49,942 bases of DNA from Perkinsus chesapeaki ATCC PRA-425 (lineage: Eukaryota > Protista > Perkinsozoa). The position numbers were made by a program, and so were the translations under genes. The DNA lies in the NCBI GenBank assembly GCA_013115145.1, contig JAAPAO010000227.1, positions 1-49,942 of the forward strand. The letters run 5' to 3'. Under the pieces are notes generated by a model. That model saw only the letters and a program-made list of their open reading frames with translations. It had not been told where the DNA came from and did not search any database. This document shows positions 1-11,372 of this stretch, piece by piece (position 1 is the stretch's first letter; each line of letters begins with the position of its first letter).

Positions 1-602
1 TTATAGCTACAGCACCCACAGAAATATAGCTAATCGCTTTCCTGCAATGTGCACGAACCCTAATGAGGAAACAGTATTGAGCGCACACCCAAGCTCACAC
101 AAAACCCGCAAGTCTTGTCGGAGGTGGCACACCGTGGATGTCACGAAGCCGTCAATGCCATGGGGCAACATCGCAGTATCCCACTTCAGAGGACATACCT
201 CCAAGGGACAGCCTCCGTGTATCCGCCCTCGAGCACGCAAACGGATAGGACACTTTGAGCGTGACACCGGAAGGATACAGTATACCAGACATAGCCAGAA
301 TCTGTGGCTTACAACTATCGACGTCCAGACGCTTGCTCAATACCGGAATCGAGCATTACATTGACTAACGTTATATAGCTCATGTGGGGCAGCATCCGCA
401 AGTGCTACATATAGCTTTTATCTTAAAGCGCAAAACGTATACTTACCCTACGTCACCAATTGATGCCTTAAAGATAAATTCGCGGACATGCTGTTGTAAG
501 CTTTGTGGCATGAGAAGCAACTGCTTAACTTATAGTAGGAGACTAGACGATAGTATAGAATCGAATAACAGAATCATCACCATCGAATCGTGACACCAAG
601 GA

Positions 603-628
603 AACGCGCGTCATCGAGGCTGCGTGCG
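603..628 (+). promoter_or_regulatory. Candidate upstream element AACGCGCGTCATCG-N4-TGCGTGCG (copy 1)
   Basis: Same 14+8 nt with the same 4-nt spacing as 1865-1890, upstream of both paralogues. Function is inferred. Confidence 0.45.
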
Positions 629-1126
629 CGCCGGGCGAAGTCAAGTTAGCTCCCTCTTTCTGCAGGATTCTCGACAAGTAACACACGGTGTGTTACACAC
701 CGTAATTTTATGCATCCGCTATGGAATATGCAGAAGAACTCTGGATGTGTTAGCCAATGGAAGATAGCCGATAGCCGCGATAAACATGGAAGCATATCTG
801 TGCCTCCGGCATTTACCGATTGGCCAATCGGTTACGCTCTCTTTCGGCATGAGGCCTGGCTTCAGATTTCTGGGCCTAGGCAGCAATGAGTTTATACTGC
901 GGACAAGGGCACTTTATAATGGCACCAATACGAGAGCTAAAAGTGAGAATCCTGGTATTAGAGGTCTTAGACCTCAGGTCTACTGGAAGACTGTATAGAA
1001 GGTGGGGTGTCCTATCGCAAGTGGAATGGAGCTTACTCCGGCCTCCATACGGTAAACATGTCGGATGCAGAATCGGGAGCAGAAGTAGGCCTTAGGATCA
1101 GCGAGCTGCTAACCGGCGAATACTAG
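603..1126 (+). pseudogene. Internally deleted, frameshifted paralogue of the 1966-2808 membrane protein gene
   Basis: Shares the upstream motif (603-628 vs 1865-1890) and an identical 22-nt block gatgtgttagccaatggaagat (744-765 vs 2189-2210). YLCL..FRFLGLGSNEFILRTRALYNGT matches YLCL..FRTLGLSSSEFKLRTSLLYNGT. The C-terminal YSGLHTVNMSDAESGAEVGLRISELLTGEY* lies in a different frame and aligns to YQRLGKVYMSKAEEREGGITIGSLHFDE*. The TM segment and about 90 central codons are missing. Confidence 0.8.
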
Positions 1127-1864
1127 GGCAGGTTTGGCGACTGACTTTGTGACATTTGTTTTACTCTATCAACATCACAGCTTGACACGGATCTGTTCAC
1201 TAAATGAATCAACTTGATTTTCAATGCAATCTGCATAGATGTAGCATTCTACTAAACGATTTCTGTTATGGACTACGACTTGCGAAGTTCAATGAATAGG
1301 CTTTAGTCAGAAAAATTTGACTCGTGTGGACATTGGGCACAGGGGGCTCAAGGGCTCACCGGGATGCGTTCTTGACGAAACTGTAAGTAACGTAATTCCA
1401 GTTCGTCTGTTGGCGAGAAGCGACCCTGGATGGGTTGAGAGTTTATGGGTGATGATCTACGAGCTAGTGGGACTGAGCGAGCTAGCGGAAGTCACGACGA
1501 GCCGTATGATGACTGCGACGATGAGTCTTGTCGAGTAACTTCGTTACTTCCCTTTATCAGCGATCCTACAATGCTTGCACCTTTCCCGTCTTCCTGCAGC
1601 GGTTCTGCCAGAGACTTTAAGACGATTTGATACAGTTTCAACCTTCAGACGCAAAACATAGCGCCCTGCTTCACATCACTGATTAGAGGGAGTTGGAGAG
1701 CGAACCCATACAACCCATACGAACATACTGCTCCGGGCCATCCAGTAGAGGTGGAAACTAATAAACAACGAAGTCGAGAGGGATCACAGTAGGCGACCAA
1801 GCAGTAGCGTAGCATCAGAGCCAAAGTTCGACTCCGCGAAAGCTTTGAAAGGTGACACCAATTG

Positions 1865-1890
1865 AACGCGCGTCATCGCGAGTGCGTGCG
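1865..1890 (+). promoter_or_regulatory. Candidate upstream element AACGCGCGTCATCG-N4-TGCGTGCG (copy 2)
   Basis: About 75 nt upstream of ATG 1966 and conserved with 603-628 despite strong protein divergence. Confidence 0.45.
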
Positions 1891-1965
1891 AGTCACAAGG
1901 GCAGATGGAGGCTCGTTAGATCCTTTCCACCATACAGTACTCAACTAGTAAGACTCTGAGTCTTT

Positions 1966-2808
1966 ATGTATCAGAACTCCACTAGGCAGAGAAGCTCTGG
2001 TCGTGAGTCCCAGCATATACTTCTTGGTGGGTTGGACCCATCGGTGTACGATGAAAGTAATCTGGGTAAAGATGGCTTATCAAGAAGCAAGGCACTCCGA
2101 CTACTTGTGCCACTTGCCTTCTATGGCATAGGCCTTTATATATTGTTCAACATATTACTTATGATAATGATGCCTTATATTATAGAAAGATGTGTTAGCC
2201 AATGGAAGATGGAAATCGTCGAGCTTGACCTTGGGCCTCGGCCTCCATGGTGGGATGGCCCGCCGCTGTATGTTCGAGGGATCCCCCCAGGCTCGAGGAA
2301 CGCTAATGTATCGCTGTCATTATCAGTCAAGAATAACCCTTGGTGGCTAGCGGTCGAAGTTTATGAAGTGAGCTTACTTGTATGGAACACTTCCTCCAGT
2401 ATCGACTTCTACAGGAACATCCCTTCGTTTGCGGGTGATGCTGATTTCACCCTTACTTCGAGAGTGCATTTAGCTGATGTGATGCCCTATCTGTGCCTCC
2501 AGTACTCGTCAAATGACCAACCGGCGTTGCTAAGTCTTCTAGTGAGCACTCGTTTCAGAACTCTGGGCCTAAGCAGCAGCGAGTTTAAGCTGCGGACAAG
2601 CTTACTCTATAATGGCACGAAAAGGAGAACTGCAAGTGAGCCTCATATAAGTCGCGAGGGAATAAGGATTTTGAAAGCCTGGCGAAAATATCGGCTGAAG
2701 TACATTAATATTTCAACTGAATATCAACGCCTCGGCAAAGTGTATATGTCCAAGGCAGAGGAGCGAGAAGGAGGTATAACAATCGGCTCCCTACACTTTG
2801 ACGAATAA
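1966..2808 (+). CDS. Intronless 280-aa type-II membrane protein: one TM helix plus a beta-rich domain, possibly LEA_2/DUF3712-like
   Basis: Long ORF with hydrophobic LLVPLAFYGIGLYILFNILLMIMMP followed by ANVSLSLSVKNNPWWLAVEV. A diverged paralogue at 603-1126 supports coding status. The domain call is weak and the start codon is uncertain. Confidence 0.7.
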   Translation: MYQNSTRQRSSGRESQHILLGGLDPSVYDESNLGKDGLSRSKALRLLVPLAFYGIGLYILFNILLMIMMPYIIERCVSQWKMEIVELDLGPRPPWWDGPPLYVRGIPPGSRNANVSLSLSVKNNPWWLAVEVYEVSLLVWNTSSSIDFYRNIPSFAGDADFTLTSRVHLADVMPYLCLQYSSNDQPALLSLLVSTRFRTLGLSSSEFKLRTSLLYNGTKRRTASEPHISREGIRILKAWRKYRLKYINISTEYQRLGKVYMSKAEEREGGITIGSLHFDE

Positions 2809-3306
2809 CATACTCATTATTTGGCCAGTGACATAACTCGACAATCGTTGAATACTTTAATTCCATAATATGAATTTTTTCCATTCAATGTTACCTTCAA
2901 TGTCGATTCCCTATCAAATACCCACAAGTTGCCGAGTTGTAGTCTGAAATGGTCGGAGTTCCGTCACGGGTATTTGATAGGCGTCTCATGAGGGTCTTTG
3001 CCACACCCCAGTTTGAGCACGTAGTTATGCCCTCCATGACACTGCTTTCTTCTCGAGCGATTTTCTCGAAGATAAAGAGAATTTTGCTCAAGTCTACTAG
3101 CGCGTAAAACCCACTTTCGTATAATTTTTACAAGCCCAGAGTCTGGAGGCTGCTGACCAACGAAATTTAATACTCGGGACGGCCTTAAATAGATGTGAAA
3201 TGGGTCTCTTTAGGTAGTACTAGCTTAACACAAGATACGTTTCGTTTACAACACAAAGATGCAAAAGCATCGGGAGCGAAGACGATAGAAGCATGACAAT
3301 AAGCAC

Positions 3307-4702
3307 TCAAAAGTCCTGGTAGGTACCTACTAGTGAAATAGGAGCATTATGAGCAAAAAACTTACTCGCTCCGGAACGTTTATCTCTTCCTTTGGTGATA
3401 AGAGTGGTCTGCCTGTATAGCTTACCGTCTAGAAGAGAAAGCAGTTTGGCGTTATTATTGCTACACAACACTCACTCCGTTTAGCCAAGTTCTGAGTTAT
3501 CTTTTCCATGCACCCGGTTCCGAGGGGGAGAGAAAGCTCATTGTCGATCTTAGGAGTGCAGTCTTTTTTACCTAATGTAGCTTCCTAATATTATACTCAA
3601 CGGATACAATACAGCACATACCACCGTAGTCATCAACAAAAGAGAGACCTGGGTCTGGTCCTGGCAGCCAAGTTCCTGAAGAAGTTAACCATACCGTATG
3701 CTGCAAGGATGGAATATTGAACGACAGCTGTGAAGAGTCTGCAATCACCCTCGGTACTCTGAACGGCCGTTGAGAGGCACGCTGCGCTGACATCACCATC
3801 TTCGAGACTAATAGGAATATATCTAAAAGACGAGCGCGGGCATGATTCACCTGAACTCTATCCTGTAGTAGCTCACCTTTCTCCAGTAAGGCAGCCCACT
3901 TTAAGCCCACGAGGCGCATTAGCTTCATCTAGAACCGAAATACCGGCAGGACGATCGTTTCCAGAGCGACCTGCTGTGGAGGTAGAGCCTTAATAGTCTT
4001 GTTATCCGATGCCTACTATTTAGTGGGATATCTTCCACCGGTCCAGGAATAGTGTAGGCAACTGACATTCAAGGCTATTCAGGCGCAAAGGAGTGGCTCG
4101 GGGACTACCTCCGGATGTTGTATCCCAAGACCGATAGCCATGCTGTTCAGTAGGCTTAAAGCGTGGGATAACACCATCCTCTGGAACTTGTCGCCTTTCG
4201 TTGTATCTTAGAAGAAGAAAAATTACATACGAGGAAGCGACGGTGAATAACTCACAGTAGCTCAAGAATAGTCTCGTCATTTATAAGAGGAGCCTCTATT
4301 GCCTGTGCCCCGCTGGTTGCCGGTGGAGGGCGAAAACGGTCACTCTGTTCAGAGGTGAACAGTCGCCACCTTGGATCCAACAGTAGTGTGCCTAGAATTA
4401 TCAAGTGAAATACACAACGCAATATCCTCACGCTTACCTGAAGTATCCCTTTGTTTCATACGGCCTATTCTCGTCAGAACATGCAGCCGATCATGCACAA
4501 CGCTCGAGATCTCGCTCTCGGGCTGAGGAAGTGTGGAGTGAAATAGTGGAAAGGCGTTGTTATTGATGTTTACCTTTCTTAGATTCTTCTCACCAAATTT
4601 AGGTTGTGGGGCTTCCTCGTTGGCTAGACGTTCTTCATACCAGTTATGAACCAAAGTAGATGCCGAGAAAGGGCATGCCATACATGAAGCCTCGCTGGCC
4701 AT
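3307..4702 (-). CDS. Multi-exon NWE-motif ciliary microtubule inner protein, CFAP95/FAP95-like
   Basis: Exon 1 encodes STLVHNWYEERL. Later exons give DGVIPRFKPTEQHGYRSWDTT (resembles CFAP95 GFGAVFPRH...TTY), GLKVGCLTGE, WLPGPDPGL, DNELSLPLGTG, and a terminal IGTYQDF* ending at 3307. Some internal junctions are unresolved. Confidence 0.65.
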
Positions 4703-4835
4703 GATGTAAAGGAAAGCTACAGTGACCTAGATCTAACTTAGAGGCTCTAAGACTTGCTTTGTAACGCAACAAACAAGTAGAGATCAAGCGTACAGAACAT
4801 GACTCGAAGAATCCTAGAAACATTGGAATTCGTTA

Positions 4836-7429
4836 TCATTTTTTACTGCTAGGCAGCATCTTGAAACGCTCGTGTAAGGCCTGTGCTCGAGGGCGCTTGG
4901 CGGCATGAAAAATAAGACAAGACTTGATCAACCTTTGAACCTAATGACAACGGAGTCTGCCTCCGGAGTTCATTGACCTACTTCAGCAGGAATAGCAGGT
5001 GGAACGTATGGGATCCTTCTTTCCACTAGCATTATTTTGAGCAGTTCCTTCAAGGAGTCGCAGCCCTCGTATGGCTGTGGTCCCCCAAATAGTTCAATCA
5101 AAATACAGCCCAATGACCATATATCAACTCTTTCGGTGATCTGGCGTAAGATAACGAGTACCGTTAAGCTAACTGGCTACTCTAAGCCGCTCATCGAAGA
5201 GCTCAGGGGCCATGTATCTCGGGGACCCTCCGTTGCTTTTCCGTGTTATGTGAGTGAACTCCATGGGCTCAGTCAAGCCAAAGTCGCAGAGCTTAGCATT
5301 CATGCCGCGGTCTAGCTACAAGAGTTACACGTCTCCGCCATTTCAATGCCAAAGCCTTACAACAACATTCATGGTCTTCAGATCTCGATGAACTATTACT
5401 GGCTTTTGAGCATGCAAATAGGCCTAGGAAGCAATGAACTACGACCAAGTGGAACAACAGCCCCCCTACCACAGCATCTGTTAGTTGTGTGGACATTTTA
5501 AGTCGTTGCGCTGGCGTCAAGCGAACTCTGCGGACATGAAGTAACTGCGATTAAGCATCCGAAAAGTGTGATGACACTGGCACAATGCTGACTTGATGGA
5601 GGTTGCCACCTGGCATGTACTCAGTAACCAGACATAAATGTGGTAGCTCCAGGCATGCACCGAGGAACTTCACCTAGGTACATTTCACGTATTATAAGGC
5701 TCAAAGTATCGGCCACTACCAAGCCGGGGTGATCAAGGTGCCTGAAGCTCTCTACTTCCCGAACAAGATCTCTAACCACTTGCTCATTGTGCCGGGATGA
5801 CGTCATCCACGACGCTGATATTGACAAGCCATCAAGCGCCGCGTCAATGCAAGGTGGCTACCGTCATAAAACAGTTTCTTAATAGCAACGTCTTTTCCTT
5901 TATAGGAGCCTCTAAATACTTGGCCGAATTCGCCAGCTCCAAGCTCTTGGCCGAATGTGAGCTCCGATGGGGTTATCTTCTGACTGGACTCATGGAGTGA
6001 AGACTCCAGGTGAACTGAGAGTGAGCCGCTCGAACTTTCGAACATTCCGTGATTCGTATAACCCGCTTCACGAGGTGTTGGTTGAACGAGCGAAGGCTTC
6101 CTCGGTCGTACAACTTTCTCCATGGAGCTAAGGCGATCAACAGTAGGACCGCCGACTAATGACGTGGTAGAAGGGACGTAGACCATAGATGGGTGATGCA
6201 ACGGGGCTGATGCCACCGATGGGAGTAGGCCAGAAGCGGAGTAACGGATTCTTCCGTGGTGACTGGGCAGGGGTACGCGGGATGTGGCAGGGGGCGCGAT
6301 TCCTCTTTCGGAAGGAATGCTAGGTTTTTCATCCTTCTTTTGGGCTTGAGCCAATTTGGATAATGGGCACAAAGATGGCTTCGGCTGCGGAACCTGAAGG
6401 AAGATACCCACGAATAGGAACTTTCGCTGACTTTGCTGAAAGCTGCGCCGCCGACGCTGACAGTACGCCTCATCACTGTGGGTTGTCTAGCGCTCCAGAT
6501 GGGGTACTGATTGGTCTACTAGTTGAGTTGGTAAAATGTTTTTTACCGGTGCTGGAGGAGACAAGTAACCCTTATGAGGTTCACTCTCCAGTGGCAAAGA
6601 TAAGTGGGGTACCTAGGAAAGGGAAAGCCTGACAAGACAGCTGCCTAGAATGAGCTTACTCCATTGAGTGTCGCTGTCGAGGGGCGAGGAGAGAGGCACG
6701 GTAGGTTCGAGGGCATACCTGCAGACGAGCTACAGCACGCATACAAGGGCGATCGAGCTACCTTCTGGATCGCCATTAGCGATAACTCGTCTAACAGGTG
6801 CCTCCCGCATTGTAGTTGGGAAAACTGAATGCTCGTTGACATTAGACTGGCTGCCATCTCCATCCCTTCCGACGTTACCAGAACGATATACAATCGACGA
6901 GTTTGGGACTGCCAGCGGTGAAGACACATGCGGGGGACTATAGAAAAATGAAGCATATATGAATGTACGATGGTGTGATATTATCTGACCCCCTGTAGGT
7001 GAAGAGGGGCTGTTCCGCTTGGTGCGATACCATCCGAGGTCCTCGAACCCGTGCTGTTAAGGGAGGTGGACGGAAGTTGGGTACCGAGATAGATTAGAAT
7101 GGTCATGTCATTTGGACCATGATATCTTCGTTACTGCCACTCCTCTACATGGCACCTCAATCCTCTCGTATTTAACAGGCACCACATCTGTTCGACCATT
7201 TACTCTGATCAGCATAGCATCATGCCCACAGGGACTGAGTTCCAAAAGCCACTCACACTCTCGTGAAGCAGGGCATCGGCATTTGCCCGACACTTTGATG
7301 ATGTGATGAAAAATAGGTATAAGCTGGCTGGGGTCGCTGGTTGTACGTTGGGACGGTCGTTCTCACACGGTATTGAACATCGGGCATGACCGGTGGTGAC
7401 AAGTGACTCATAGGTTGCGGTGGGAGCAT
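4836..7429 (-). CDS. TKL-group (Raf/MLK-like) protein kinase with a long low-complexity N-terminus, multi-exon
   Basis: Spliced exons give GQELGAGEFGQVFRG, VAIKKL, VKFLGACLELPHLCLVTEYMPGGNL, IVHRDLKTMN, KLCDFGL, GSPRYMAPE and DIWSLG, with the stop at 4836-4838. The first exon (MLPPQPMSHL..., ATG 7429) is tentative. Confidence 0.9.
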
Positions 7430-7829
7430 CTCTTGTCAAAAGCTAAGCAGCCTTCGTTCTTTCGTTACACAATACCGTGATATTTAGAAATTAAGTAGCA
7501 ACACGACATGACGGCTAGTCACCCTTTAGATGATCCAGAAGTGTGTAATCGAAATCTGCTGTCTCCATGTATCTGCAATCGCTGACTCTTATCCCTATCA
7601 ACAAGACCCGCTTTCCTCTTACGCATGATATATCAAGTAGACGTGGTACGCACCGGGGATGAAGCAAATGCAACCTAGTAAGACATTTATAGGCATTAAG
7701 AAGGGCCTTACTGACCTAGGACAGTAAAGGGAAGCGACTCCCAAGTGCTTATTTGCCAAAACACCTTCAAACCAGTGAGGAGAAATATCACACCGATAGC
7801 AAAAAGGAAGAATGCCTGAGGAGCTGGAG

Positions 7830-10800
7830 TCAAAGCACCATCACCCCAGACTGGTTTGCACTGACCAAAATAACGCCTTTCCGCGGGAGAGGAGGTCGTC
7901 TAAGAGGCGGTGGATCCGCAGGACAGAACTTAGGTTTGCGGCGGGACTGCGAGGCATTGGTGTCGATGCTTGCGTCTGTGTTTGACATCTATTCGCTTCT
8001 TTCAAATAACTATTCGCGACGGAGGTGATTGACAAAACAACAGACAAGGCTTTTACGTAAGGTTGAGAAAGCGGGACGACGGTCAACTTGTGATTCTTAA
8101 AAGGTACCAATGCCAACATATGATCGTTATCATCTCATACTAACTCTTCATGTGCGCAAAGTTGAACCTTTTGCAGCCACGGCACTCGCTTGTCCTGGTT
8201 CTTCTGAACATGCATGTAAAGCCGGAACGCTGTCGGTGACTTACCCTCCAGGCGTCCATCTTTACCTTCCCAGCAGGATTGTGCTCGTAGTAGTCATATC
8301 CCTCAAAGCTGAAACAGCGACAAACACATTACGATGATTTTTCAATTCCCTGCGTTATAATTCCTTACGCTTTAGGTACGAATTTGCACATGATCATACC
8401 CTCTGGTAGCTCGGGAACACCGTGGATCAGGCTGAGGGCTTTGGGCATCTATAAAACAACTGTCACAAAAATGAAGTGAATTATCTGGAAGTACTTCAAC
8501 AAGCTTCCGGGGTTCTTGCATAAAGTATGAATCCATGACAAGTTCACCGGTCCTATGGTTCAGCCTAAAAGGCAATATGCCTCTCACGCCCGGTTCATAT
8601 CTTACCCATAGATCCTCCGATGGCCTGTCGTATCGCAAAGTAGCTGATAATAATCTACATGCGCTTGTGTTAAAGCCAACACATGTTTAAGGTGATCCTT
8701 TGATTCACAATGTTTCTAAATAGGCTGGTATATGATACACTCGTAAGAGAGTAGGGTGTCACCTTGAACTGGCCTCCAGTGGTGTAAACGCCTTGCTCAG
8801 CCATGCGGGTTAAGTCTTCGCAGCACAATTGGCATATAAGCTCACCATCGGTCACGTACATGAATCTAAGCTGCACCATCCCAGTACTAAATGGCCAAGT
8901 CCAAGTTACTTCTCGAGCAGATCCTTTTCCTCTCTTAAAGCTTCCTCCTGTGTTAGGCCCATATCCTTCTTCATAGGTGGCACTGGTGCCGGCATAGGCT
9001 GATGTCCCATAGATGCTGCTTGATCACGATTCCACACGGAACCGGGGACACCCGCCGGTCGCACACCGCCGACTGTACAGGAGGGAGCACCAGGAGGTAT
9101 GGCTACTCGCGGAGCTGATATAAGCAATGAACTTCACCATTGACAAGATTGAACTTCATCACCAATTCGCTGGCCTCCTGGTGGTAGAGGAACCTGCTGT
9201 GGTTGCCGAGGTCCAGGTACAGGGCGGCCGAGAGGATGTTTCACACGAATTCTCCTGGAGGCGAGAAATCAGCATATAAGAATACAGTGTGCTGCTTTAC
9301 TCATGGAACCCTGTACCGGCTACGATGTTCTTCTGGTGACGCTTGCTAATGAGATGGTCATCAACACAGTCATCACTCCAGTGGGTGGTATTACAGAGAC
9401 CACCTGAATCGAGACTGTGGGCCAGCAGCTCCGATAGCACCAATCATTATTACATTTCCATTCTTTATATTGTCCATTGTCTACTATGCCGATATATGGT
9501 GGCCAAGTAGACTGAACAAAGACAATAACGACGACAACAAGCATATCCGCGGCAGCTTACCTTCTTCTGACCAAGATGCCCATCCACATCAAACTTGATC
9601 TGTGCCTGCTCAGCTCCACCATTCGGTTGATACCTAATCCCACTACTGCCACGATCACCACGAGACCCAGCACTACCGAGGTAGCTTATTGCCATCGCAA
9701 TTCTTCTGATGCTTCTGGCCCAGTAAGTGAGCTTCCAATGATGCCTCAGCGCATATCCTGAATTCGAGGTTAATGCGTGCATTACGCGGAGCTGTAAGAT
9801 ACTACATTGCAGAATTACATAGCTCGCACCACCATCCGTTATCGCAAGAGCATACGTATCTGTAAACAGGCCGCTGAAAAAACCAGTAAGCCTGTTGCCA
9901 TTGTCGCCTACTGTGGCCATCCCCTTGCAACATCTCCTCTGGCAAGTATCTTACTACCATCACTAGCTACCTCTCCTTCCTTTCCTCTAGCTACTGCCGT
10001 GGCGTAAATGTCACCGCTAGATGCAATAGCACTACCCGAGGCGCAAGTCGACTAAATATTATCAATGAAGCAAATCGGCATGATATGACGTTTTACCGGA
10101 GAAGTGCCCTTTCCTGGTACAGCATCTGCGACATACCACTCAGGGCAAGTCACCCGCTGGGCGTGCAACTGAAATAAGACATGCCACACCCAACAACAGT
10201 AATCGGCACCTTTGAGCCTATATGAGTCTCCAGCATCTCAAATGTTGCCGACTTTTTACTACACAAGCGGCAATAGTACCAGCCAGCTTCCTCACCTAAG
10301 TAACCATAAGAATACCAGCCCTAAGCTTCCTGCATAGGAGCCCACCCTCAATGTAATTCTCTTCTCCTTCTTCTCCAGTGTATACAGCGTAGTTCTCCTT
10401 CATGACTCGCTCCTCTCTAGCACTCGCCGTTACCACGGCCCGCTTACTCCGTATCGCGCCCCATTTCTCTGCCATAAGGCGACGTTTAGAGCAGTACTAG
10501 CACGCTGGTCTATCACGATTTTGCTCCCATTGATCTCGCTGGTCTTTCTCTATCTTGGCCTTGGCATACTGCTTCGCAGCAGCTTTAACCTGATTAAACA
10601 CACCAACACTCCAGATCGACTCTCGTGCTGTCTTTGCGCTCAAATTATACTTCAACGGAAACGCCCACGTAAGAATGTGGACCTTACACTCATTTGAAAC
10701 GATGCAACAACAATAATGCAAGAGGCAAGGTGACTCGCATTCTACATCCTTCGTCAAGCACTTTCAAAGTTACCTTCACCCTACACTACTATTTCCCCCA

Positions 10801-11062
10801 TCTGGATCGAATCCCACAAAGATTACTTTCTTTTCCTCCAATTCAGCACGTTCCTTCACTGATAGTGTGCCCATGAACCTATAACCATATTTCATTTGCC
10901 CGTACCAACCCCTACTAGCTACCCTTCCTCTCCCTCTTCTTCATCACCCGACGAAGCGTCATGCTTATCATCAGGCTCCTCGGGTGAATCATCTTTAGGC
11001 CTCCAGTTAGATGACTTCTCGTGGCTCTTACTGCGACTTCGTCTGTCGTTCTTCTTTCCCAT
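7830..11062 (-). CDS. Multi-exon protein with three U1/matrin-type C2H2 zinc fingers, a charged N-terminus and Pro-rich linkers
   Basis: Spliced fingers: WYYCRLCSKK...LETHIGSK|LHAQR; WWCELCN...LEAHLLGQKHQKN; LICQLCC...GQFK|KHCESKDHLKH. The start is MGKKNDRRSRSKSHEK. The 3' end is tentative. Confidence 0.7.
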
Positions 11063-11372
11063 TTATAAAGCAATCAATAACTGATAGCAGCTATTGAGCA
11101 CAATGCTAGTTTTTGACCGCAATTTTCGCTCGTACTGTAGCGTAAACCCACTCGACATTTTCAGCCCATAAGTTGGCCCTATTGTGCCATTCAGAGGATG
11201 AGGGGGAGTGAATAACGAATCCAACCGTGGGGGTCTATCAGAAACCACCACAAACACGAAAAAACATCGGAAGTGCAACCGGAATTTGCATTTGAGACCA
11301 CTTCGCTCCGCTGCAAAACTGTGACATGTTCTGCGTTTTTATTCTGAGCAGCGCGTGTTGCTGAGACTTGGA

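Noticed and set aside
7-593. Short overlapping ORFs at the window start
   Set aside because: No recognisable domain or consistent exon chain.
1150-1640. Alternating splice-like signals and an acidic mini-ORF
   Set aside because: Could not assemble a stop-free gene model.
5037-6632. Plus-strand ORFs opposite the kinase, and similar antisense ORFs across the ABC genes
   Set aside because: Shadow ORFs of well-supported genes on the other strand or frame.
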